A DNA stretch of 64,000 bases, taken from assembly GCA_965153285.1 (NCBI GenBank), contig OZ229115.1; one strand, given 5' to 3'. The first letter of the stretch is position 1. Every line of letters starts with the position of its first letter. The stretch is from Podarcis tiliguerta. Lineage: Eukaryota. The position numbers and the translations under genes were made by a program. This document shows positions 53,832 through 64,000 of the stretch, one piece after another. Under the pieces are notes generated by a model. That model ran no database searches. It was not told the origin of the DNA and worked only from the letters and a program-made list of their open reading frames with translations.

Positions 53832-54101
53832 TGCGGCGAGTGTCCCCTCGATTTTCAATCCCTCCAAGTAACCATGAGGTGATGCCTGGAGGGAGCGTGA
53901 ATCTCACATGTGTAGCAGTGGGGTCCCCAATGCCCTACGTGAAGTGGATTGTCGGAGACGTGGAGCTGACGAAAGAAGATGACATGCCAATGGGCAGGAA
54001 TGTTTTAGAGTTGACCAACATCACGCAGTCGGCCAACTACACTTGCGAAGCCATGTCCTCACTGGGGGTAATCCATGCAACAGCTCAGATCACTGTCAAA
54101 G
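53832..54101 (+). CDS. PTPRF: PTPRF coding exon, Ig3 (270 nt, phase 1-1)
   Basis: Boundaries ccttgtttcag|TGCGGCGA...GTCAAAG|gtaaga. Translates (V)[38 protein letters not shown]...[23 protein letters not shown]. Confidence 0.97.
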
Positions 54102-55393
54102 GTAAGAAGCTGCTCCATGGTATCCTATACCTCTGCATGGTACCAGGTAGCAGAATGGGGTACACTTGTGACATAAGCCCTACTCAGTCATTATTGGTGT
54201 GAATGGGGAACCTGAGTACAAAGATGCTGTGGAGCCTCACCATTAGCCCTGCCCCATTGTTGCACAGGTCTTTCCAGCTTCTCGCATGTTCACGGCAAAC
54301 ATCTGTAGCAGGGAGTCTGCTGTACATGTGTAGACTTAAGACACATTACGTGTGCCTCCCCCCCACCCCCCGTCTCTGTTACCCAACATTTATCTCCCAG
54401 GGTTTTCTCATTTGTTTTCTTGTAAAATAGAGGTTTACTTACAGTGCATAAATGGAATGGCCAAACATCAGAATTATAGAGCAAGTCTCTGGGAGAAATA
54501 ATAAGGCCTCTCCACTGTCATTCAAGAGCCCTGCCCAAGAGCTAATATTTGTTTGGTTTGTGCATGTATCTGGATGGTGTGAAATGGCATCCAGGACAGC
54601 ATATCTCTGTCAGGTCACTTGAAAAAGCTTTGTGGGAGCACCTGTCTTTCAGTTCTGTTACCTTACTAAACATCCTATAACCTAATGTGATTTCAGTATT
54701 TACATTAATACAGCTCCAGAGGGTGATCATTATGGGAGTCAGGGAGTCTCTCAATCTTTTCTTCATGATCATAAATGTTTTCCTTGTGCCTAGCCAGTAC
54801 ATAGAAGGATCCCAAGATAGTAGAACACAGTACTGATCACAAATTTATCTTTTTTGGATAAATGGCTGATGTGATCAGTTGTGCTAGAGTAGTTCTGCTT
54901 TCTTGTTAATGCTCGGAACTTTCATAACAGGATTGGCTTCCTTAACATCCCACCACAAAAATATGCTTGCCACAAGTCCCTGCAGTCCACATATTCTTGC
55001 TCTTGCAGCAACAGTAGACATGGAACTACTTTTGCCCCGGTATACTTTCCGAAAAGGCCACGAACCTGGCTTCCTAAAGTGTACCTCAGCTGAATAACCC
55101 TTTCTGCTTTAGAAAACCTGACTTGGTTCCTTGTTTAAATTACCTTTATTTAGCCAGCTGCCAGCAAGTGCTTTGAGCACATCTAATAACATGATTGCTG
55201 TGTTTACTCTTCCATTAAGAAGCACTTCAAGCAATATATGGTAATGTGTAATATAAAAATGTACGTTCTTGACTATGAAATGATTTCTGCCTTTAAAGGA
55301 AAATGTTAGCAAGCATCTAAGCCTCCTTTATAGCTCTGCACATTACAGCATTTGCACTAATCAAATTACTGACATTGTGCTTTTTGCTTTCAG

Positions 55394-55975
55394 CTCTTCC
55401 AAAACCTCCAATGGAGCCATTAGTAACGGAGACGACAGCTACCAGTGTGACTCTCACCTGGGACTCAGGAAATGCTGACCCTATCTCCTACTATGTCATC
55501 CAATATAAGTCCAAGTCATTAGAGGGCACTTTCCGAGAAGTAGATGGTGTGGCAACCACCCGCTATAGCATTGGTGGCCTAAGCCCCTTCTCAGAATATG
55601 AGTTCCGCATTATTGCTGTAAACAACATTGGTAGGAGTCCCCCTAGTGAGTTGGTGGATGCACGGACAGGAGAGCAAGCTCCATCAAGCCCACCCCTCAA
55701 AGTGAAGGCACGGATGCTGAGTTCCAGCACCATGCTGGTCCAATGGGAACAACCTGAAGAACCCAATGGGATGATCCGTGGCTATAGAGTGTACTACACC
55801 ATTGACCCCCACCTACCACTCAGCAAGTGGCAGAAACACAACACTGATGATCATCATCTCACCACTGTAGGAAGTTTGATAAATGGGGCCACCTATAGTA
55901 TTCGTGTCTTGGCTTTCACCTCAGTAGGAGATGGACCCCCTTCTGATGCCATCCAGATAAAGGCCCAACAGGGTG
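55394..55975 (+). CDS. PTPRF: PTPRF coding exon, FN3 domains 1 and 2 (582 nt, phase 1-1)
   Basis: Boundaries tttttgctttcag|CTCTTCCA...CAGGGTG|gtatgt. Translates (A)[26 protein letters not shown]...[27 protein letters not shown]. Confidence 0.97.
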
Positions 55976-56363
55976 GTATGTATGTTTTGTGTGAGCTCTA
56001 TTCCTTCTCTGTCCTACTGTTTCCAAGAGCTAATATTTTGAGCTGAGGTTGAGGTGTGATCCAGAGACTTTAGGGATTTGGTAGGCAATTTGTCCTTTTC
56101 AATTAGGTATTCCAGCAGCACTCTGTTGCCAGCATAGTTAACAGTTGACTTAAGCATAGTTGTGGATACTTTGGTTAATCACTAGTTTGAGAAAGAACAT
56201 AGTTGTCTTTGTTTGAACCTGGAGCTTAGGAGAATGTGTTAAGATTGTGTTTATGACAATGCCATTGTTGAAGTGCTTTGATGATAGGGCTTGCACCTTG
56301 AAATTTTCTAAAGCTGCTCTGGAGTCCCCTCCCACAACTGACTCTTGTTTTATTGGTTTCTAG

Positions 56364-56497
56364 TTCCATCTCAGCCAGCTGATTTCCAAGCTGAGGCAGA
56401 GTCTGACACACGGATCATGCTGACCTGGCAGCCAGCACCTCAAGAACGTGTCACCAAGTATGAGTTGGTGTATTGGGAAGAGACAGATGGGATCCAG
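56364..56497 (+). CDS. PTPRF: PTPRF coding exon, first half of FN3 domain 3 (134 nt, phase 1-0)
   Basis: Boundaries ggtttctag|TTCCATCT...GATCCAG|gtgagg. Translates (V)PSQPADFQAEAESDTRIMLTWQPAPQERVTKYELVYWEETDGIQ. Confidence 0.96.
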
Positions 56498-57188
56498 GTG
56501 AGGGACAACATGACCCATTGGTGGTTAAAGACCTATACCAAAGTAGCCTATGGGTATGGGGCACTTATTTTTATATCTGTTAGAGTTAGGCCCAGTATGA
56601 TTGTTGTGGGAAATGGCATTTGCATGACTAGATATTTGTGCATCTGTGAGAATTCTGCAATCCAACTCCCATTGGATTATGAACCTATACCAGAGTTTCA
56701 CCTCCCTATGATAGCTGCAAGAGCTCCTGCTCCTGCAAGAGCAACAGTAAGTTTTGTTGGCAATCATATTGCCACATAATAGTTGGATCAGGTCCCAGAA
56801 GTTATCTGGCCTTGAACCATTAGGTGGTAGCTCCGAAGTGAAGACCTATCACAGCTTGTCTTCTATATATGCTAACTTACTCGCACTTATGTCAACACAT
56901 ACTTCATTAGCCAAAAGTTTGCAGTGTCTGGGAAATGAAAGTGATTTTTTTCTCATGGCTGTAATGAGAATGCACAACATCTGTGGGGAAGTGAAATCAT
57001 CTCCTTTAAATAATGGCTTTCAGGGTTACATAGGATGAGCATAGATTGCTCTATTGCATGATTCCTAGTATGCAGTACTGGTAGGCATCCACAGCCAAGA
57101 GTCCAATACTCAGGTGTCAATAGCTATGTTATTCCCTCCCTCCCCCCCAATCTGAGTAAAAGAAAAACTTGTCTCTTGCCTTTTCTAG

Positions 57189-57333
57189 CATAAGGTGGAC
57201 TTTGACCAGACCTCATCATATGCACTTGAAGGGCTCAAGCCAGACACACTCTACAAGTTCCAGCTGGCAGCCCGCTCTGAGCTGGGCCTAGGGGTCTATA
57301 CCCCAGTTTTGGAAGCTCGAACAGCACAGTCCA
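57189..57333 (+). CDS. PTPRF: PTPRF coding exon, second half of FN3 domain 3 (145 nt, phase 0-1); absent from the ORF track
   Basis: Boundaries gccttttctag|CATAAGGT...CAGTCCA|gtaagt. Translates HKVDFDQTSSYALEGLKPDTLYKFQLAARSELGLGVYTPVLEARTAQS. Confidence 0.96.
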
Positions 57334-58691
57334 GTAAGTGTCTCTGTTTGGTTGAGAGTGAGTGAGGGACAAAATCTTATTGCACTTTTGTATGAGAGTT
57401 AATGGAGAGGTTGGAACCAGTAGCAAGAGAAATGTGGAGAGGACAGGCCAGCTGTGGCTCTGATGCAGGGGCCATTTGCCCAGGGTAAGTCTTGTCCCAT
57501 TGTCCTTCAGTCCATGCTTTCCCCTTTCAACAGGTGGACTCACAGATATGCTGGGCAAAGGGAATAGGTGGGAGAAGCTGATGAGATTTATTCCTTGTAT
57601 CTCTGTGAGTTTACTGGCACATCCTCTTCCCCATGCAATTCAGTTGTAGTGGGTGTTTGATATCTGCACCTCGTGCATGCACCTTCCTGCTGTGCATGTA
57701 CCTCATACCCCAGTTAGAGACACCATTGCTCGCCTTTTCCCTGCCCCTTCCAGACAATCATCTCTGTACAAGAGGAGCGATGCACACATTGCATTACTGC
57801 TACACCGCAGGCATTTGCAAGCCTGGAAGAATTAACTTGAGGGGGTGGTGGGATCTTTGCAAGTAGATTGAATGATTAATAGCTTCTTAAGGGGATGTGT
57901 GCTGAGTGAGGTGTGTGGTGCATGTGGATGCTTGACTTTTATGGAGTGGAAGGAGGAAGAAGACTGCTGCGTGGGTTTTGCTCCAAGGCTTTGAAGGCTT
58001 GAGGCAAACAGTGAAGTAAGTCAGAAGGCCAGATAAAGAGGTGACCCAAGCTGGATCACTTTCATTCTCTTCTGAGCCCATGTGCTGGTGGAGTAGGAGA
58101 CCAATGCACCTTTATTGGCAGCTCAAAGTGCTGCACATAAGCAGATTAAAGCTATCAAAGAGCTCTGAGATAAGCTTGTTTTCACTAACGATTTTGGGGC
58201 TTGCTTTTATGCAAAAAGCATTAAAGGGGAAAAGTGAGACATTTTCATTTGTGCCATCTGTCAAGGATTTAGTGGCTGTGTGGGGCAAGCAATAGAGGAG
58301 GCAGCAGCCGCCCTCTCTGTGTGGAGCCAGAGAGTGCCTGGGATGAATCAGGGTGGGGAAGAACTGCTCCACTTATGATTGGAATGACCTTTCCTCCTTT
58401 CATTAGCACATCAATCATAAGAATTCCAACAGTCCTGTTTAACTTGCTCTTTAGCTAATGGGATCTTGGTGCCAGGACGATTGGACAAAAATATATGAAA
58501 CAATATTCAGAGGGAGGCATCATAAATATTTTACATTGGGGGACACAAACTGAATGTGGATACTATTAATTGTTCTGTTAGCAGCTACTGATGGAGCATG
58601 TGTATTGATAGGCCATGACTGGGCACTTGCCCAGCCATCATACTAACAAGGCATAACAGACAAATATCAGAAGCAAATAGTAATGCAGATA

Positions 58692-58926
58692 CAGTGGTGC
58701 CCCGCAAGACGAATGCCTCGGAAGATGAAAAACTCGCAAGACGAAAGGGTTTTTCGTTCTCTGAGTTGCTTCGCAAGACGAAACATCTTGCGCCTTTTTT
58801 TAAAAAAACCGCCAATGCATTCCTATGGGAAACCGTCAATACACATTGGTGCTTCGCAAGACGAAAAGACTCGTAGAACGAAAAAACTCGCAGAACGAAT
58901 TAATTTCGTCTTGCGAGGCACCACTG
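58692..58926. mobile_element. Tc1/mariner-superfamily (pogo/Tigger-like) MITE, 235 bp
   Basis: TA|CAGTGGTGCCCCGCAAGACGAA ... TTCGTCTTGCGAGGCACCACTG|TA: 22-bp terminal inverted repeats (TIRs) with one mismatch and a TA target duplication. Confidence 0.92.
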
Positions 58927-59809
58927 TATCTCCAACCTGTGACTCATGCATAGCTCTGTGTAGCTGGGCCATGTTAGGAGTCTGTGCAAAGAATTTAAAG
59001 TCCAGCAATTAAAGGAAGGCTAATCCTGATGTTGTGCCATTTTAGCCATTCATGGATTCTAGTCCACAGGTAAAGGAAGAAACCTCTCTTCACACCTCCC
59101 AGGTGAGGGGTGAAGGCATGTAGTTCCAAAGCACGTTTCCCTATGAAATGTAACATTTGGAGCATGAATTAAGTGGCTATGATCACTGGGAAACCTGTTC
59201 TAACAAGCCTATCGGTAGGAATTCTAAAGCTTACCTTTCCTTGAACAATGTCTGAAAACAGCGTTTTTTGCAGACCTGATGTGTTGTGAGAAACCTGTAG
59301 AATCCAAGTTTCTGCTAATTGATAGAAAAGTTAAGGGGATTGCATGCCTCAAGACCAATTTCTGTTGAACATTTTTCTCATCTAGTTTTGCTTTTTTGCC
59401 ATCACAGATTGCATGTGGAGGTGGTGAAGCATCTGAGTTTAACATAGGGCCATATGCTGATTTAGCAAACTACCAAGCTATATTTCTAAAGTTTTCCCAG
59501 TAGCATACTAAATGGTCTCTGGGGACAGAAGCAAGGGAGATCTCTCTGACACAGAACTCCTATGATACTGATCCTCCTCGGCAATGTTTCATACTATAAA
59601 AAGATAGGTGCTCTGGCTCCATCCCTGGCTATATCTCCTAGTTCCAGGTGTCTGTTCTTTAACTTTTATGAAGGAATATAACTGCATATACTCCAGGCTA
59701 AACTACATATTACACTAGTCATATTCACCCATGTGTCATGTTAGCCATTAGTCCCTTCCTCATGGAAGGACAGCTTAGCAGTGGGAAATGGATAGAGTAG
59801 CAGTAGCCA

Positions 59810-59930
59810 ACACCATGCCTTCCAGATGCTTTGGGCCCAAACTCACATCAACCCCAGCCAGCATGACCAATGGTCAGGGATTATCGGAGTTGTAGTCCAC
59901 AACATACAGAGGAGACCACATTGGACAACA
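59810..59930. mobile_element. Short foldback squamate-type repeat (MITE-like); a related copy lies near 35880-35980
   Basis: aactcacatcaaccccagccagcatgaccaatggtcagggattatcggagttgtagtcc is loosely self-complementary. Confidence 0.5.
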
Positions 59931-60536
59931 GTGCTTTACCTTTCAAGTTGTTTTCCCCGCCCAACCCCAATGGAGTTCAAGGTTTGTGCTTGCAAGGTAA
60001 ACACATTCAGTGAAACAGACAAGATGAAAACGGTGGGGTGGAGTTTGAGGGAGAGGCAGCTAACAAGGGAAGGATTAAGCAACTCAGGCAGGGCATGATT
60101 TTTGAGAACTTGGGATCCAAGGCTGCACCCTGGCTCAAATGAAAACTTGAAGCCATTTTTTTCTGTTTTAGAAGAATAGTTTGCAAAGGCAGATATGGGG
60201 AATCCTGACCTTAATTGTTGAACAGCCCAAATAAGATGCTCCTCTAATCACACATAGGATCTATGTCCTTTGATACATTATCTCTGGGGAAAATGCTGCC
60301 AATCCTAGCATTTTTCTTGAGGATAATATCATGTTGAGAAGATCAGTCATCTGGTACTAAACATAGAAACATTGAAATTAGGTTACCCAGTGCTCATCAC
60401 ACAAGTAGCCATTCTCATAAGCAAGATTTAGAGGCACTTACATTTCCAGGGAGGGCATAACCTGAGAATAGTGAATGGGTTCATTTTGCCTCTGAGAATA
60501 TTTGTGTGTGTCATGGTTCAAAATGTGTGGTTTGTC

Positions 60537-60559
60537 TGTGTGTGTGTGTGTGTGTGTGT
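60537..60559. repeat. (TG)n microsatellite
   Basis: Read directly from the sequence. Confidence 0.9.
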
Positions 60560-61794
60560 ACGCGCACGTGCATGTTGGTGTGCATTTCTTTCTCATGTAC
60601 TTTTCCCATGTATTTTGCTTGTGTTGCTGTGTTTTATTTTGTCCTCTGATGTTAAGCTGCAGCTTATTATTGGCACTATTCAGGTGTGACTCTTACCCAG
60701 CCATCAGTAGATGTGGGAAATCACTGTGTCTCATGTGTTGATCCATTTATTATGCATGCTGATAGTTCTTCTGATTCTAGTTGCTGAGAATCTAGTTGTC
60801 AAGTGAGGCCTGTTCTCCAAAATCTCCAAATTCATTAGTAAAAGAATTGTTTCCAGTTAATTTAGGCTCTTTTCTTGTCTGCTTCTCATACCCCATGTAT
60901 CCTTCTTGGGTTATACCTATATTCACTTTGTCTACTTTCCTGCATTGCCTTGGCTTTCTTTCTTTACTCTCTACCTTTCAGATCCACCTCAGCAGTGTAA
61001 TTTGTAGTACTTTTTTTACCTCTTTAGGAACCTTCCTCATAGCCTTAGGAGCCTCCAGTTCTGCGCCCTGCTCCCAAGTTTGGAGCAATATGTCAGATGC
61101 AAAGAATCCAATTCTCCAGGATTGCTTGCTTGCCAGTTAGTGTACAGTCAGATTGTCCTCAGAAGATGTATAATCCAACAGCCTTCCTCAGCTTGAGCAC
61201 CATCAGGTTATTCAAGGAACAAAACAACATTGTTCTTCCTTTTCTTCTTGGTTTCAATAATTTTCATACTTCAGATCCTTCCTTCTTGATTCCTGCTCTC
61301 CTATTCTCATCTGTTACTTATCCTATTGATCTCACGTCTGTCTAAGTCTTGTACTTTCTAGTTCTCCCTTCTTTTTAGGCAACCTATACAGAGGAGGCTA
61401 GGGGAGAATTAGCTGTGGGGTCTCAGAGCGGGTCTCTTCATAAAAGGGGATGGGGAGGGAACAGAAGGAAAATAATAGATCAGGCTCAATTCAAATTAAA
61501 GGCCAGGGGGAATAGCATATCTGCTTGCCAGATGGAATAATATCACTTCTACTCCCCCCCCCCCCTCACTGCACCCAGTTCTGGGGGTTCACCCAATCCC
61601 CCAGAGTAGTTGGTGGGGTGCACAGGTGAATGAGAGGGAATAGCCAAACGACTATTCAATTGAATCAGGCCTAGTGGGTTTTGTTCTATGTTTATTGAGG
61701 CTCTGTTGGCTGGGTAAGAGCTCCCTGTAAATTATGTATTTTGCCCAATCATTTCCCCTCATCTCCCCACTTGCTTCATTTTATTTATCCCTAG

Positions 61795-62100
61795 CCCCTT
61801 CTGCCCCACCCCAAGAGGTCGTGTGTGTAAGCACCAGCTCCACCTCTATCCGGGTAAGTTGGGTACCACCACCGGCTCAGAGCCGCAATGGAGTCATCAC
61901 ACAGTATTCTATCGCATACCAAGCGGTGGAAGGAGAGGACAACAGCAAGCGTGTGGTTGAGGGCATTGGACACGAGCATTCAAGCTGGGAGATCAACAGC
62001 CTGGAGAAATGGACAGAGTACAAAGTGTGGGTGAGGGCTCACACAGACGTGGGTCCTGGGCCAGAGAGCATCCCGGTCTGGGTTCGCACTGATGAAGACG
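61795..62100 (+). CDS. PTPRF: PTPRF coding exon, FN3 domain 4 (306 nt, phase 1-1)
   Basis: Boundaries tttatccctag|CCCCTTCT...GAAGACG|gtaggt. Translates (T)PSAPPQEVVCVSTSSTSIRVSWVPPPAQSRNGVITQYS...WVRAHTDVGPGPESIPVWVRTDED. Confidence 0.97.
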
Positions 62101-62986
62101 GTAGGTTCCTGACCCATGACTGAAGGTAACAAGGGCTCTTTTGGGTCCTGCCAAAGGAATAGCATTTGTAGTGCTGTTCTCGGCTCTACAGAAAGGGGGG
62201 GGGGTCTAAATGTAGTCAATAAAGAATGATGGGGTTAATATGTATGAAATATAATCAAAATGCCTGCTTCCTACATGAATCTGTTCCTCTTCTCTATCAC
62301 ATGGGCAAAGCAGCTCTCTATCAAGGACATTCTGAAGCAAAAATTGCATTGTTATGGCTGGTCTGTCAGATATGTCATGCCAGCTTAAATCTCTTCTGTA
62401 GAAAGTGCCAGTCCTTGCACTGTCAGAAGGCACTTCCCAGGCTGCATCCTTGCCTCAGAGACCAAAAAGGGCACAGAGAGGCAAATAGAAAAAGGGAGCC
62501 ACTCAGTAAACTGAGAGCAGGCATACTTCAGTTGTACCACCCATGCTGTGCTGTTGCCTTCACCACTGCAACCCTGTAAAGCCTTGCATAGCAATGTTCA
62601 TTGCCTACTTCTGAAGCTTGCTTGCACATCTGTATGTCCTGCTGCCTGAATTGTTTGCTTCAGTTCTCATTTAGCAAAGCCTTAGCCGGAGGGACACTGC
62701 TACCCTAGAAATGTCGCAGCAAGCTCTCTGCATAAGTTTGAGGTCCGTACAGTTGGCTCTTCCAGCTAAGCTCTCTGTCAGGAGTGGTTTTAAAACCTTC
62801 TGATGCACTCATTTTTCATAGGTGGTAGCACAAAAAGGGGGTGAGAGTGCTTTTTGAATCTTGAAATGTTACTGGTAGCTAATATACCCTCCTCATAATT
62901 GGGGTGACCTCCATTGACCCAACAATTCAGTCCCTTGGCAGTTGCTGTTAGCTTAAGACTCTGCCCTTTATCGGCAGGTATAGGTA

Positions 62987-63773
62987 CCGTATTTTTCGCC
63001 CTATAGGACGCACTTTTTCCCCTCCAAAAATGAAGGGGAAATCTGGGTGCGTCCTATGGGGCGAATGCAGGCTTCGCGGACCTCTCCGCAAACAGCAGGA
63101 GCGCTCCCGCTGCTGGCGGAGAGGTGCCTGCATGCTGAAGCCTGCGCGCGCTGAGCTCAGCGCGCCCAGGCTTCGCGGACCTCTCCGCTAGCAGCGGGAG
63201 CGCTCCCGCTGCTGGCGGAGACGTGCCTGCATGCCGAAGCCTGCGCGCGCTGAGCTCAGCGCGCCCAGGCTTCGCGGACCTCTCCGCTAGCAGCGGGAGC
63301 GCTCCCGCTGCTGGCGGAGAGGTGCCTGCATGCCGAAGCCTGCGCGCGCTGAGCTCAGCGCGTCCAGGCTTCGCGGACCTCTCCGCTAGCAGCGGGAGCG
63401 CTCCCGCTGCTGGCGGAGACGTGCCTGCATGCCGAAGCCTGCGCGCGCTGAGCTCAGCGCGCCCAGGCTTCGCGGACCTCTCGGCTAGCAGCGGGAGCGC
63501 TCCCGCTGCTGGCGGAGACGTGCCTGCATGCCGAAGCCTGCGCGCGCTGAGCTCAGCGCGCCCAGGCTTCGCGGACCTCTCCGCTAGCAGCGGGAGCCAG
63601 CACTGGGCTCCCACGGCTTGCAGAGAGCTGCCTGTTTGGGGGCTGGGGTCGGGGGAAGCTCGGGCTTCCCCAACCCCGCGCCTGGGGGGGAAATAATTTT
63701 TTTCCTTTATTTCCCCCCAAAAAAACTAGGTGCGCCTTATGGGACGGTGCGTCCTATAGGGCGAAAAATACGG
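62987..63773. mobile_element. Non-autonomous Tc1/mariner-superfamily (Tc2-like) DNA transposon, 787 bp
   Basis: Perfect 27-bp TIRs CCGTATTTTTCGCCCTATAGGACGCAC at 62987-63013 and 63747-63773, with TA on both flanks. No transposase is encoded. Confidence 0.93.
63068..63597. repeat. GC-rich 99-bp minisatellite, about 5.3 copies, inside the transposon
   Basis: Units start at 63068, 63167, 63266, 63365, 63464 and 63563 (partial). This explains the 33-aa periodic ORFs on both strands. Confidence 0.97.
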
Positions 63774-64000
63774 TAAGTCTCGTGATTACTGTGCCTTGAC
63801 AGAACCGTCACAAGCACTTTCCCAGCCATGTCTAACTGTTGGAGCAGAAGGGGAGTGTTGTCCAGTTACTACACTGCAATGTAGTTTGCTTTCCACTCAT
63901 TTTTCGGATGAGGAATAACCATCAGGGAAAGACACCCCATTTTGCAGTTTATGGAGAATGATGGAATGAGGTCCATGATCCCCTTTCTCATTCACCGATT

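Larger units (their letters stand above)
1..64000 (+). other. PTPRF: Internal portion of the PTPRF (LAR) transcription unit, covering Ig2 to FN3-4 exons and their introns
   Basis: Seven exons with canonical AG/GT boundaries splice into one open frame. Residues [27 protein letters not shown] and QPADFQAE.ESDTRI match PTPRF rather than PTPRD/PTPRS (VERTRT, EITWFKD) as I recall them. No Ig1 exon was found in 1-22675, so that stretch is inferred to be intron. Confidence 0.93.

Noticed and set aside
22676-62100. Assignment to PTPRD or PTPRS
   Set aside because: Despite the GGTPIR meA, the diagnostic residues ([28 protein letters not shown]-x-RE meB) fit PTPRF better. A reciprocal BLAST or synteny check would confirm.
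63054-63696. 186-aa and 157-aa repeat-protein ORFs, or a CRISPR-like array
   Set aside because: The ORFs arise from a stop-free 99-bp GC-rich unit. Units are contiguous with no unique spacers, there are no cas genes, and the context is a vertebrate intron.

Overview
This is eukaryotic DNA, not a prokaryotic accessory region. The repeat content looks squamate, probably a lacertid lizard (recognised from memory, not by search). The whole window lies inside one + strand gene, the LAR receptor tyrosine phosphatase PTPRF. Seven large GT-AG coding exons join in frame and encode Ig2, Ig3 and FN3 domains 1-4: 22676-22864, 38412-38522, 53832-54101, 55394-55975, 56364-56497, 57189-57333 and 61795-62100. 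The Ig1 exons and all exons after FN4 are outside the window. Most entries in the ORF track are intronic noise. The most interesting layer is a micro-splicing code that the ORF track misses. It includes the 18-nt meA microexon (GGTPIR, 32258-32275) and the 12-nt meB microexon (here DPRE, 45555-45566). It also includes a well-formed 9-nt meA3-like candidate (VFF, 31185-31193), a candidate 21/27-nt microexon between FN3 and FN4 (to 60683), two AG|GT recursive-splice-like sites and a possible intronic terminal exon. The introns carry L2 and CR1 LINE fragments, SINEs and TA-flanked Tc1/mariner-type MITEs. One MITE contains a 99-bp, GC-rich, nested-palindrome minisatellite. No CRISPR array, rRNA or tRNA gene was seen. 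All unannotated-exon calls are motif-based hypotheses that need RNA data.
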